Shown here in pieces: positions 28,570 through 38,486 of a DNA stretch of 64,000 nucleotides; position 1 is the first letter of the stretch, and each line of letters opens with the position of its first letter. This DNA comes from Candidatus Bathyarchaeota archaeon. GTDB taxonomy: Archaea; Thermoproteota; Bathyarchaeia; TCS64. The notes beneath the pieces are model-generated. The model ran no database searches. It was not told the origin of the DNA and saw only the letters and a program-made list of their open reading frames with translations. The stretch lies in assembly GCA_016930055.1 (NCBI GenBank), contig JAFGHP010000082.1, positions 3 through 64,002 of the forward strand, written 5' to 3'. Made by a program: the position numbers and the translations under genes.

Positions 28570-30153
28570 ATGATAGAATATGGTGTAGTAATTGGAAATG
28601 CAACTCCTAGTTTCTTTGATTTTAATATACAAAATTTAAGGCATAGACCTGTAGCCTATGAATATGTACAAATAAAAATTGAAGAACCCCAACCAGATGG
28701 ATCAATTAAAAAATTTGATGTTCTTGGGCAAGTCAAATCAATTACTTCGAAGCATCCATTCTACGACGAAAGAACGACACCAGGTGCTGCATGGAAACAA
28801 CGTGAACTAGGCGCAGGGGAAGACCTTATACAAGTAATAGCTACTACGAAAATTTTGGGTTATTTAAATACTGAGAAAGGTAGAAGTGAAGTTAAAAGAC
28901 CCCGATCTCCACCTTTACCTGGAACACCAGTTTATCGAGCTTCCGATAACTTGTTAGAAAATCTTTTCAAATTAGGAGAAGAGGAAATCCCATTAGAAGT
29001 AGGTTATCTTCTACATAGAAACAATATCTCTATTCCAATTTCTGGTAAAGAGCTGCACAGACATACAGCGATTCTGGCTATGACACGGTATGGGAAAAGT
29101 TACTTCGCTGGAAGAATAATGGAACAATTATTGAGAAAAGGAGCGACCATTCTGGTTATAGATGCTCATGGAGATTATGCAAACATGATATATACACCAG
29201 ATGGTGTTCCACACCAATTCTACAGAGATAAAATTACAGTATTTAAACCTCAAGGATCTGAAGATTATAAATCTGAACATGTAAAATTACTTAATCTTTC
29301 TATTACTCAATGTGGATTTTCAGAATTATGTAGATTAGCACGTATTGATGGAAGTCTTCAAAGAGTAATACTTAGACGTATTCTAAAAACTTTGAAAAAA
29401 GATAAACCCCAATATACTATTGATAATATAATTGATAAACTTGAAGAGGAAATTAATGAAGGTAATGCAGAAACACAACGTAGAATTTCTAGAATTATTG
29501 AGCGATTAGAAGATCTTGAAACGCAAAAAATTTTTACTGAAGGAGAACTTGACGTAAAAGTTCTTTTTAAACCAATGCACCTTTCAAACATTTTCTTAAG
29601 TGGGATAATAGACAGTACGCAAGACGTTCTGGTTGGAATATTATTAAGAACTGTTTTTAATGCTAAATATAATCAAGAAGCATGGGCTAGATTCCCAATA
29701 TTTATTTTTGTTGAGGAGGCTCATAGATTTGCAGCACCACAAGATGAAAGTGGAGGAAAATTCAGTAGAGATATTATTGCTAGAATTGCAGCTGAGGGTG
29801 CCAAATTTGGTGTATTTTTAACGGTTATTAGTCAACGCCCAAGACGTATTGATCCCGATATTTTAAGTAATTGTAGTAATCTAGCCATTCTAAGAGTAGT
29901 TAATAATCAAGACCAAAATACAATCCAAGCAGCATCAGAAGCATTTAGTGAAGACTTGTTGTCAGATTTACCTGCTTTAGAACAAGGTGAAGCTGTTCTT
30001 GTAGGACCTTTCGTACCAGTCCCTGTTATGGTTAAAACAGCTGAGAGGGAAACTAAACATGGAGGAAGAACACCCGAGATAACCAAACTTCTCATTGAAG
30101 CTATTGAAAAGGCTGAAGAAGAAAAAGAAAGATTGAATAGGAGACTTTATTAG
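28570..30153 (+). CDS. herA: HerA-like FtsK/HerA-family hexameric ATPase (helicase)
   Basis: 527 aa. Atypical Walker A (AMTRYGKSY) and a DEAH-like Walker B (IFIFVEEAHRFA), as in HerA. Archaeal herA-mre11-rad50-nurA context. Confidence 0.7.
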   Translation: MIEYGVVIGNATPSFFDFNIQNLRHRPVAYEYVQIKIEEPQPDGSIKKFDVLGQVKSITSKHPFYDERTTPGAAWKQRELGAGEDLIQVIATTKILGYLNTEKGRSEVKRPRSPPLPGTPVYRASDNLLENLFKLGEEEIPLEVGYLLHRNNISIPISGKELHRHTAILAMTRYGKSYFAGRIMEQLLRKGATILVIDAHGDYANMIYTPDGVPHQFYRDKITVFKPQGSEDYKSEHVKLLNLSITQCGFSELCRLARIDGSLQRVILRRILKTLKKDKPQYTIDNIIDKLEEEINEGNAETQRRISRIIERLEDLETQKIFTEGELDVKVLFKPMHLSNIFLSGIIDSTQDVLVGILLRTVFNAKYNQEAWARFPIFIFVEEAHRFAAPQDESGGKFSRDIIARIAAEGAKFGVFLTVISQRPRRIDPDILSNCSNLAILRVVNNQDQNTIQAASEAFSEDLLSDLPALEQGEAVLVGPFVPVPVMVKTAERETKHGGRTPEITKLLIEAIEKAEEEKERLNRRLY

Positions 30154-30162
30154 GTGACGTAA

Positions 30163-31401
30163 ATGAAGTTTGCAGTTCTCGCAGACGCTCATATTGGCAG
30201 AAGTATACCTCTTGCCATTGCAGAGCATAGAAGACAAGCTTTTGAGAATGCTTTCAGTAAGACTATTAATTCAATAATAAAATTTAATGTTGAGTATGTT
30301 TTCATATGTGGAGACTTATTTGAGAGAAGAACCCTGCGTCCTAAGATGGTTCAGTTTGTACATGATGAATTATATAGACTAGCTATTGAATTAGAAAAAA
30401 ACCATGGAAAAAAAGTAAAGATATTAGTGATTAGAGGAAATCATGATGGGCGTCCAGAGTCAGATACTCTAGACTATTTAAAACACCCTCTAGCAGAATA
30501 TCTACACTTGTTTTCAGATTCTGACCCTATATATGCAGATGATAAAATAACAGTAATTGGTTTAAATTACCATGATAAATTAGAAAGAGCGTATAATGAA
30601 GTTATTAAACCATTAATAAAAGAGCTTAAAGGATTGAAAATTTTTTTAGTACATGGTTTCATAGCTAGTTATAATAATGTACCACCTTATAGTAGCAGTC
30701 TTACATTAGATGATTTATCAGAAGCTAATTTCGATTACATTTTTACAGGGCATTATCATAAAATGTGCTCCCCAAGAAAATTACCATCAGGAGGATGGGT
30801 TTTAACTCCAGGAAGCTTAGAAATATATGATTTTGCTGAAACGCCAGACAAGGGTTATTACATAGTTGATTCTAATAAACAAGAATTTCATTGGATACCT
30901 ATCGAACCCTATCATTTAATGAAACAAGTAAATATTGATGGTGATAAAAGCAGACCGCCATCATGGTATGAAGAGAAAATAATCGAAGTAATAATGGATT
31001 TTATAAATGAGTTAAGATCTACCAAAAAAGAAGGTTATCTTAGGATTAAAGTTAGAGGCAAATTAAGTGAAGGTTGGCCTAGCGATATCAATAATGAATA
31101 TATCTCAGAATTAACACAATCAGAACCTAATTTTTTATGGTTTGATATAGATACAATGGATCTTGAAATACCCAAGGAAACACAAATAATAAAAAAAGAT
31201 ATTGCCGATATTTCGGAATATTTTTTGGAATTGGGAGACTTTACAGAAGTTATTAATGAAATGCATCTCAAGACAAGAGAAACACTGGAAGAAGAAGCCA
31301 GCACACTTACGGGATTATTAACATCTACACAACGGATCCCCCTTATTCAAGATTGGTTGAAATTTTTTGAAGAAAAAAAATTTAAGGTAGAAAAACCATG
31401 A
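30163..31401 (+). CDS. mre11: Mre11 DNA double-strand-break repair nuclease (calcineurin-like phosphoesterase)
   Basis: 412 aa. N-terminal KFAVLADAHIG (motif I DxH), GDLFE, and GNHD phosphoesterase motifs. Confidence 0.8.
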   Translation: MKFAVLADAHIGRSIPLAIAEHRRQAFENAFSKTINSIIKFNVEYVFICGDLFERRTLRPKMVQFVHDELYRLAIELEKNHGKKVKILVIRGNHDGRPESDTLDYLKHPLAEYLHLFSDSDPIYADDKITVIGLNYHDKLERAYNEVIKPLIKELKGLKIFLVHGFIASYNNVPPYSSSLTLDDLSEANFDYIFTGHYHKMCSPRKLPSGGWVLTPGSLEIYDFAETPDKGYYIVDSNKQEFHWIPIEPYHLMKQVNIDGDKSRPPSWYEEKIIEVIMDFINELRSTKKEGYLRIKVRGKLSEGWPSDINNEYISELTQSEPNFLWFDIDTMDLEIPKETQIIKKDIADISEYFLELGDFTEVINEMHLKTRETLEEEASTLTGLLTSTQRIPLIQDWLKFFEEKKFKVEKP

Positions 31402-33452
31402 TCGAGGAACTTACTCTCCGTAATTTTAAATCATATAAAACTAAACAAAAAATCCTTTTTACTTCAGGAGTTAATAAAATTTCTGGAAGAAACGCTACTG
31501 GAAAAACAACCATACTCGAAGCCATTCTTTTTTCATTATATGGAGAAGTTCCAAGCGTAAATAAAAAAGATCTAGTAACTTTAGGAAATAACGACCTTTA
31601 TGTTAGTTTAACTTTCTTCAGCCCAATTACAAATAAAAAAGCTGTAATTGTACGTGGCGGAGAAATAATTCGAAATATTGAAAAAAAAGAAGAATCATTC
31701 AAATCAACAGATCTATTCTTAGATGTTGAAGGGGATATAGCCCCACTGACTCGTGAAAAAGAGATTCAAAACAGACTCAGAGAATTATTAGGAGTTGGTA
31801 GAAGAACTTTTTTAAACGTTGTATATGCTCGTCAAAAAGAATTCATTGATATTCTCAATCCAGATAAAAATAGAATGAATGCAATTTTAGGGTTAACTGC
31901 ACCAACGGAGATAAAAGAACAGCTAAAAGAAGTAAAAAAAGTACTTGAAGAGAGAGGAAACCTTAAAGATAAAAATACATTAGATGAAAGAATCAGAAAT
32001 GCAGAAGAAAATATCAAAGAAAACAATAAATATTTATCTGAAGCTACAGACAGAAAAATAATAATTCAAAAAGAAATAAAAAATATTGCTGAAGAACTTG
32101 AAAAAATTAAAAGAAACTTAGATTCAATAACAATGTTATTCAATGATTTTAAAAAATTAGATAGACAACGTACAGAACTTGAACTAACTATTAGACTCTA
32201 TGATAATCAAATTAAAAAATACGATGAACTCTCAAAAAAAATAATTGGAAACCCCGAAAAAGAAATGGAAGAACTTTTAAAACGTCAAAAAACAGCTGAA
32301 GCAACTGAAGAACGTTTAAGAACCCTTGTTGATGATGGTTTGATTAAAAAGCGTCGTCAATTTGACGCTGAAATTGGCAGTCTCAGACATAAAATAGACG
32401 AACATACTGTATTAAGTGATAGTGGTTTAACGGAATGTCCTACCTGTGGTCAACCAATAAATAAACAGATAATTGAAGAAGACCTAGCAGTCTGGAAGCG
32501 TGAGTTAGATGAAAATTGTTTTAAATTACAAAATATTGAAAATGAGATCCAAGAGTTAAATTATCAAACTAAAATTGCTAGAGAAAGACGAATTGAAGTA
32601 GAAAGATCCTTAATAAACTTTAAATCATTATTAAAACAGCTTGAAGATTTAAAGATTGATTTAGAACAAATCGAATCCAAAAAAACATATTTAACCATTA
32701 AAATGGAGGAAGATGTTAAAACACATTTAGCTAATATCTCGAAAGAATTGGCAGAAGAATTTGTAGATTACGCTGTTGTACATAAAAGAATTGAAAACGA
32801 AATGAATAATTTAATTGAACTTAATAAAAATAAATTTTCAGAAATTACTAAAAGAGAAGGATTATTATCAGAAACGAATAGGATAATTAAGGAGCTCGAA
32901 AAACGAATTAATACCCAAGAAATAATTTTATCAGAATCAAAAAACAGAATCGAGCAAATAAATGAGTATCAAGAGAAAATTAGAGTTATTGAATATATTA
33001 TTGAACAATATGGAAAATATGAAAAAGACATACGTGAAAACACTCTAAGACGTTTAGAGGATTGGACTTTTGAATACTTCAAGAAACTTACCGATCAGCA
33101 ATTGTATAGTCGTTGTCTCATTGATAGAGAGAAATATACTTTAGAAGTTCAGTTGAAAGACACAAACCGTACTATTCCAACTTGGCGTGCAGGAGGGGGA
33201 CATGAAAGCATTTTTGCGTTAGCAGAAAGACTAGCACTTCTTCGAGTTTCTGGGTTCCCATATTTACTTATTCTTGATGAGCCTACAGATGCTATTGATT
33301 CAGATAATATACCTCAGTTATTAGAATATATTTCTAAAAGTACGAGAGAAATTAATCAAATTCTATTAGTAACTCATCATGGACAAGGAGAAGATGAAGA
33401 TATTAATCTATTAACAATTACGAAAGAGAATGGAGAAAGTAAAATATTTTAA
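31398..33452 (+). CDS. rad50: Rad50 ATPase
   Basis: 684 aa. N-terminal Walker A GRNATGKTT, long K/E-rich coiled coil, central CPTCGQP zinc-hook (CxxC), and C-terminal signature/Walker B LLILDEPTDAIDSDN. ATGA overlap with mre11. Confidence 0.85.
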   Translation: MIEELTLRNFKSYKTKQKILFTSGVNKISGRNATGKTTILEAILFSLYGEVPSVNKKDLVTLGNNDLYVSLTFFSPITNKKAVIVRGGEIIRNIEKKEESFKSTDLFLDVEGDIAPLTREKEIQNRLRELLGVGRRTFLNVVYARQKEFIDILNPDKNRMNAILGLTAPTEIKEQLKEVKKVLEERGNLKDKNTLDERIRNAEENIKENNKYLSEATDRKIIIQKEIKNIAEELEKIKRNLDSITMLFNDFKKLDRQRTELELTIRLYDNQIKKYDELSKKIIGNPEKEMEELLKRQKTAEATEERLRTLVDDGLIKKRRQFDAEIGSLRHKIDEHTVLSDSGLTECPTCGQPINKQIIEEDLAVWKRELDENCFKLQNIENEIQELNYQTKIARERRIEVERSLINFKSLLKQLEDLKIDLEQIESKKTYLTIKMEEDVKTHLANISKELAEEFVDYAVVHKRIENEMNNLIELNKNKFSEITKREGLLSETNRIIKELEKRINTQEIILSESKNRIEQINEYQEKIRVIEYIIEQYGKYEKDIRENTLRRLEDWTFEYFKKLTDQQLYSRCLIDREKYTLEVQLKDTNRTIPTWRAGGGHESIFALAERLALLRVSGFPYLLILDEPTDAIDSDNIPQLLEYISKSTREINQILLVTHHGQGEDEDINLLTITKENGESKIF

Positions 33453-33491
33453 AATAATGATTAATTGTTTTAATAATACTAATTATACTTT

Positions 33492-33689
33492 TTAAGGAAA
33501 GCTTTTTGGTTTATACTTTTTTTCTTTATATTTTCCTGTTAAACGGGTATGCGTTCCGCCTCTGTATACATCAGATTCTATTTGATTTGTCATGCGTTCA
33601 CATTCATCACGCCATCTACAGAGTTCGCATTCCTCTCCTTTACCCATCATTCCTATGCAACTAGGACGATTACCTTTCGACATTTTCAA
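33492..33689 (-). CDS. small Cys-rich (putative zinc-binding) basic protein
   Basis: 65 aa, same strand and immediately downstream of the SpoU methyltransferase. Cys cluster CIGMMGKGEECELCRWRDEC. No confident family assignment. Confidence 0.4.
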   Translation of the reverse strand: MKMSKGNRPSCIGMMGKGEECELCRWRDECERMTNQIESDVYRGGTHTRLTGKYKEKKYKPKSFP

Positions 33690-33721
33690 AAATACAAATG
33701 AGAAATTATTTAAATTCCTTT

Positions 33722-34453
33722 CTATAAAAAACTATTTATTTTTTTCTGTCTCAATCTTTCATAAAGGACTATTGCAGCAGAAACACCAACATTCAAATTC
33801 GGTATTTTTCCCATCATAGGTATACTTAAAACTGTATCACATTTTTCAAGTAAAGTAGGACTAATTCCTTTTCCTTCTCCACCAAAAATTAAGACAGTGG
33901 CTCCTGTTAAATTATGCTGCCAATAATCTTTCTTTCCTGAAACATCTAAACCAATAATCTGGAAGCCTTCATTTTTTAATAATTTTATGGCGGGATAGAT
34001 ATTATCTCTGATTACGGGAACATAGGTACCAGCGCCCATACTTACTCTAAGTACAGTGGAGTTAAGTCCAACACTTTCCTTTTTAGGTAAAAGAACAGCA
34101 TTAACACCTGAAGCATCGCTTGTTCTTAAGATACTTCCTAGATTCTGAGGGTCTTGAACTCCGTCTAAAATCAATATGCATGTATCTATTGTAGATTTAT
34201 TGATTACTTGTTTTAATGAAGCGTAACCAGGAATCTTAACAAGAGCTATAACACCTTGATGATGATCTGTTTCTGAAATTTTATCTAAATATTCTTTTTC
34301 TACGACATCTATTGGGATTCTATTTTTTTTCCCAAGATCGATAATATCAATTATTTTTTGTTCTTTTAAAGAGCTTTTAGAAATAACTAGCTTTTTGACA
34401 CCACCACGTTTAATGGTCTCATAAACAGGGTTTCTTCCTTCTACTTGAGACAA
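33722..34453 (-). CDS. SpoU/TrmH-family RNA 2'-O-methyltransferase with N-terminal L30e-like substrate-binding domain (RlmB-like)
   Basis: 243 aa. SPOUT motifs ILDGVQDPQNLGSILRT and IPMMGKIPNLNVGVSAAIVLYE. Confidence 0.8.
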   Translation of the reverse strand: MSQVEGRNPVYETIKRGGVKKLVISKSSLKEQKIIDIIDLGKKNRIPIDVVEKEYLDKISETDHHQGVIALVKIPGYASLKQVINKSTIDTCILILDGVQDPQNLGSILRTSDASGVNAVLLPKKESVGLNSTVLRVSMGAGTYVPVIRDNIYPAIKLLKNEGFQIIGLDVSGKKDYWQHNLTGATVLIFGGEGKGISPTLLEKCDTVLSIPMMGKIPNLNVGVSAAIVLYERLRQKKINSFL

Positions 34454-34637
34454 TATTTTATCAACATAGTAGAATAATGGGCAGTGATAAACACTACTTT
34501 TAAGACTATTTTTTTTATTTCAAATAAAATACAATATTTTAAAATTATTTAATGATTATTTAGATGTTAAAATGAATAATTTTATGAGAATTATACCGTA
34601 ATTTTAAACATATAGAAGTATTATTATACAGATACAT

Positions 34638-37160
34638 ATGTCTAATCTTCAAACACCTGAATCGTTTTTTGGTTTCCAGCTTGGGAGTGATAGAAATATT
34701 GCTCGTTGGGACAAAATTGTCTCATATCTTCAGCAGCTTGAGAAACAAAGCGATAGGATTAAAGTAATTAATATGGGCCCCTCCACCGAGGGAAATCCGT
34801 TCCTTCTGGTTATTATTAGTAGCCCTGAAAATCTCAGTAAACTTGAAAGATATAGAGAGATAAACAACCGTTTAGCTAATCCAGTTACTCTAGAGAATGA
34901 AGAAGCTGAGAAATTAATCCTGGAAGGAAAAGCAGTTATTCTTCAGAGTATGAGCCTTCATGCTTCTGAAATTGGGGGCACACAGATGGCTCCTGAATTA
35001 ATTTATGATCTAATTTCTAAAGATGATGAGGAAACGATCAGAATTCGTGAGAATGTAATTACTCTTATTGTACCTTCTTTCAATCCCGATGGACAGATTA
35101 TGGTTACTGACTGGTATAATAAATGGCTAGGAACCGAATATGAAGGCTGTAGTTTACCATGGTTGTATCACAAGTATGTAGGTCACGATAATAATCGTGA
35201 TGCTTTCATGACAAATATGATTGAGTCAAAATATATGGCAAAAATTATGTTCCAAGATTGGACTCCTCAAGCATACGTTGATCATCATCACATGGGTAGT
35301 TATGGAGCTAGATTATACGTAGCACCATATGCTGAACCAATCCATCCTAACGCAGATCCTTTGATTTGGAGAGAGCATAGCTGGTATGGAGCACATATGG
35401 CTTACAAACTTGAAGAGAATGGGAAAACAGGAATAATTAACGACGCAATGTTTTCAGCTTGGGGCCATTTGGGATTTCACTGGATAACTGCATATCATAA
35501 TATTGCAGGTATGTTAACAGAATCTGCTTCAGCAAAATTAGCGACACCACTTTTCATACATCCTCATCAATTAAAAGGTGATAGTAGAGGTAATCTACCA
35601 GAATATGAAGCACAAACTAACTTCCCTCATCCATGGTCCGGAGGATGGTGGACGTTAAGAGATATTGTTGAGCAGCAGAAAATTAGTGCGTGGGCAACGC
35701 TTGATGCTGCAGCTAGAAACAAGGAAACAGCTCTTCGCAATGCATATTTAAAAGCAAAAAGACAAATTGAGAGAGGACTAGAGGGAAACCCACAAGCTTA
35801 CATAATTTCCTCAGATCAACACGATTCTTTAACAGCACAGAAACTTATTGAAAAATTATTAGTTCAAGGCATTGAAATACAGATCTCTCATGAAGCATTC
35901 ATTTCTGATGGATATATTTACCCTGAAGGAAGTTACGTAATTTGGCTGAATCAACCAAAATATGGCTTAATAAAAACTCTTTTAGGCAAAACACTCTACC
36001 CTGACAATAATTGGACCCGTAATAGAGAAGGAAAACCCCTAAGTCCTTATGACAGTGCTACAGATACAATGGCTGAGTTTATGGGAATACAAGTAGATCC
36101 AGTTGACTTTGTTGACTGTAATACACTTCAATCAATAACTCAACCAGAATATCCTGAAGGCTATATTCTTGGAGAATCAGATTACGGATATGCTTTAGAT
36201 TGCTGGACAAATGATTCTTACATAGCAGCTAACAGAATCTTAGCAACGGGTGCAAGACTTTATCGAACTATTCAACCATTAGAATGTAGCGACACAATAC
36301 TAGCTCCAGGTGCTTTTATTGTTGAAGATGCAGAAATAGAAACTTTAGAAAAGATAGCGAAAGAATTACATCTAGATTTTATACCCCTTGAGAACGAAAT
36401 AACTGAAAAAAGTGAAGTTAAACAACTAAGAGTAGGAATGTATCAACGTTATTATGGGGGAAACATGGATGAAGGCTGGACAAGGTTTGTTTTAGAACAA
36501 TTTGAGTTCCCATATAAAACTATTACAGATAAAGATTTCAAAGAAGGATTAAAAGACATTGATGTAATCATTCTCCCAAGCGATTCAGAACAAATGATTG
36601 TTGGTGAAAAACTAGAAGAATACTACTCACAAAGAGGAATGACTGCACCAGTCATCCCACCTGAATACAAAAGTGGAATAGGAAAAGAAGGAGTAGAAAC
36701 CCTAAAGAAATGGGTAAAAGAAGGCGGAATCTTAGTATGCTTCAATCAAAGCACTGAATTTGCTATAAAAAACCTTAACCTCCCAGTAAAAAATGTTCTC
36801 GAAAGCTTACAAACCAAAGATTTCTATTGCCCAGGTAGCACCCTTTGGGCATTTGTGGATAACTCTAATCCCCATGGATACGGTATGCCTGATACAACAT
36901 TGATTTTATTCTGGAATAGCCAAGTTTTTGAAATTAAAGCAACACAATCCAATGAAGACTATGAAGTAATTATTGAATACCCGGAAAGTGATATCCTTCA
37001 AAGTGGCTGGCTCATAGGAGAGAAAAAGATCGCAAAGAAATGTGCAATGTTAAACATTAAAGAAGGAAAAGGAAAAGTAATACTATTTGGATTTAGACCT
37101 CAAAATAGAGCTCAAACACATGGTACATTTAAACTAGTTTTCAATTGTCTTTTGGGATAA
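34638..37160 (+). CDS. M14-family zinc carboxypeptidase-like protein with C-terminal extension (paralog 3 of 3)
   Basis: 840 aa. HASEIGG, FNPDGQIMVTDWYNKWLGTEYEG, GHDNNRDA. Closest to paralog 2 over the full length. Confidence 0.75.
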   Translation: MSNLQTPESFFGFQLGSDRNIARWDKIVSYLQQLEKQSDRIKVINMGPSTEGNPFLLVIISSPENLSKLERYREINNRLANPVTLENEEAEKLILEGKAVILQSMSLHASEIGGTQMAPELIYDLISKDDEETIRIRENVITLIVPSFNPDGQIMVTDWYNKWLGTEYEGCSLPWLYHKYVGHDNNRDAFMTNMIESKYMAKIMFQDWTPQAYVDHHHMGSYGARLYVAPYAEPIHPNADPLIWREHSWYGAHMAYKLEENGKTGIINDAMFSAWGHLGFHWITAYHNIAGMLTESASAKLATPLFIHPHQLKGDSRGNLPEYEAQTNFPHPWSGGWWTLRDIVEQQKISAWATLDAAARNKETALRNAYLKAKRQIERGLEGNPQAYIISSDQHDSLTAQKLIEKLLVQGIEIQISHEAFISDGYIYPEGSYVIWLNQPKYGLIKTLLGKTLYPDNNWTRNREGKPLSPYDSATDTMAEFMGIQVDPVDFVDCNTLQSITQPEYPEGYILGESDYGYALDCWTNDSYIAANRILATGARLYRTIQPLECSDTILAPGAFIVEDAEIETLEKIAKELHLDFIPLENEITEKSEVKQLRVGMYQRYYGGNMDEGWTRFVLEQFEFPYKTITDKDFKEGLKDIDVIILPSDSEQMIVGEKLEEYYSQRGMTAPVIPPEYKSGIGKEGVETLKKWVKEGGILVCFNQSTEFAIKNLNLPVKNVLESLQTKDFYCPGSTLWAFVDNSNPHGYGMPDTTLILFWNSQVFEIKATQSNEDYEVIIEYPESDILQSGWLIGEKKIAKKCAMLNIKEGKGKVILFGFRPQNRAQTHGTFKLVFNCLLG

Positions 37161-37192
37161 TTAAAATAATTTTTTAAATAATTTTAAATTTT

Positions 37193-38083
37193 TTATTCTT
37201 TATTAGTAAAATAATTATAAGCATTAAAGAATATTTTAGCTAATGCCTCTTCGATTCTTGAAGAATCGTTTATATTTTTACTAAGACAGGTAATTACATA
37301 ACTTTGATTGGAGTTAAGGATTGTTACAATACTGGATATGTTTTTAATACCAAAAAGATTACCACTCTTTTGAATTAATTTTATTTTTGAGTTAGGTAAA
37401 TATTTATTTATTTGATACTCTTTCACCTGACATCTATCAATTAAAGATAAAATTTCTTCACAATTTTTTTTACTTACAGCTTTTCCATCAGCGATAAGAT
37501 TCATCAATTGATTTAATTCATTAGCAGTAGTAACATTATTTCCTTCAATTTCTTGGCTCCAGATTCCCTTAGTTAATCCATTTTTAATTCGTTCCTGGAA
37601 CAAATTCAATGTTTTTTCTTCATCAGATAAGTCATTTAACCCAACCGAATCAAAAAGAATGTTACGCATATTATTTCTAATAATGGTTTTTTTTAGACCA
37701 AGTTTATTAAGTGTTAAATTAATTTTATCAATTTCTAGCTTAGATAGTAAAATATCTGTCGCAGTATTATCTCCTTGAATTAACATTAATTTTACCAAAT
37801 CATGTAAACTTAGTTCTAAGCCTTCAATGAGTTCTTTTAAAATGCCTTGACCAGGGACTTTATCAATATCTTTTAAAAAAATTTTAGAATTTAAATTTTG
37901 TTCACCAGCTTCTATCTGACGGTAAAATTCTACGGCGATAGGTATCTGAAATAATCCTGCCAAAGGAAATAATTCATCGCCTTCAATTGAAAAGGATTCT
38001 CCTGTATTGAAATTTTTAACTGCTAAACCTATGTGATCAGTAAAATCTTTAATATCTTTAATTAACTCCTCACTGAGACTCAT
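37193..38083 (-). CDS. class A beta-lactamase-fold protein lacking both catalytic serines (predicted non-catalytic)
   Basis: 296 aa. FPLAGLFQIP aligns with class A FPMMSTFK: Gly replaces Ser70 and Gln replaces Lys73. IQGDNTATD aligns with the SDNTAAN loop, with Gly replacing Ser130. A KSG triad is present near the C-terminus. Confidence 0.55.
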   Translation of the reverse strand: MSLSEELIKDIKDFTDHIGLAVKNFNTGESFSIEGDELFPLAGLFQIPIAVEFYRQIEAGEQNLNSKIFLKDIDKVPGQGILKELIEGLELSLHDLVKLMLIQGDNTATDILLSKLEIDKINLTLNKLGLKKTIIRNNMRNILFDSVGLNDLSDEEKTLNLFQERIKNGLTKGIWSQEIEGNNVTTANELNQLMNLIADGKAVSKKNCEEILSLIDRCQVKEYQINKYLPNSKIKLIQKSGNLFGIKNISSIVTILNSNQSYVITCLSKNINDSSRIEEALAKIFFNAYNYFTNKE

Positions 38084-38173
38084 TATTATATCTAATACAA
38101 TAAATGAATCTAAACTTAATAATTGATTCTAAAAGATTAAATAAATTATGTTATATAATGTATGTGAAAGTTT

Positions 38174-38434
38174 ATGGAAGAACCAATCTATATTGCTGAA
38201 GTTGTTTCTATAGCTAAAAACTGCAGTGCAGGTCATAAGGTAGGAGATAAATTTGAAATAAATACTCATAAAACTGGGGGTTTATGTGGGTACTGTTATC
38301 ATGATATTTTTCCTACACTCATGAATTGTTGTTTTGGTGGTAAAATTCCTTAAATTGACCCAAAAGAATTCAAATATGATTGCCCTGACAGATGGAATGA
38401 TGTAAAATTCAAAGTCACTCTGAAAAAAGAATGA
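38174..38434 (+). pseudogene. small Cys-rich ORF (59 codons) interrupted by in-frame TAA, followed by 26 more sense codons; pseudogene or recoding candidate
   Basis: ATG at 38174, TAA at 38351-38353, same frame continues to TGA at 38432-38434 encoding IDPKEFKYDCPDRWNDVKFKVTLKKE. The combined 86-aa product has a conserved-looking Cys pattern. Confidence 0.35.
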
Positions 38435-38486
38435 TTTTTTATTTTTCAAGTAATTAACTTAATTTATTTCATAATAATTATTAATC

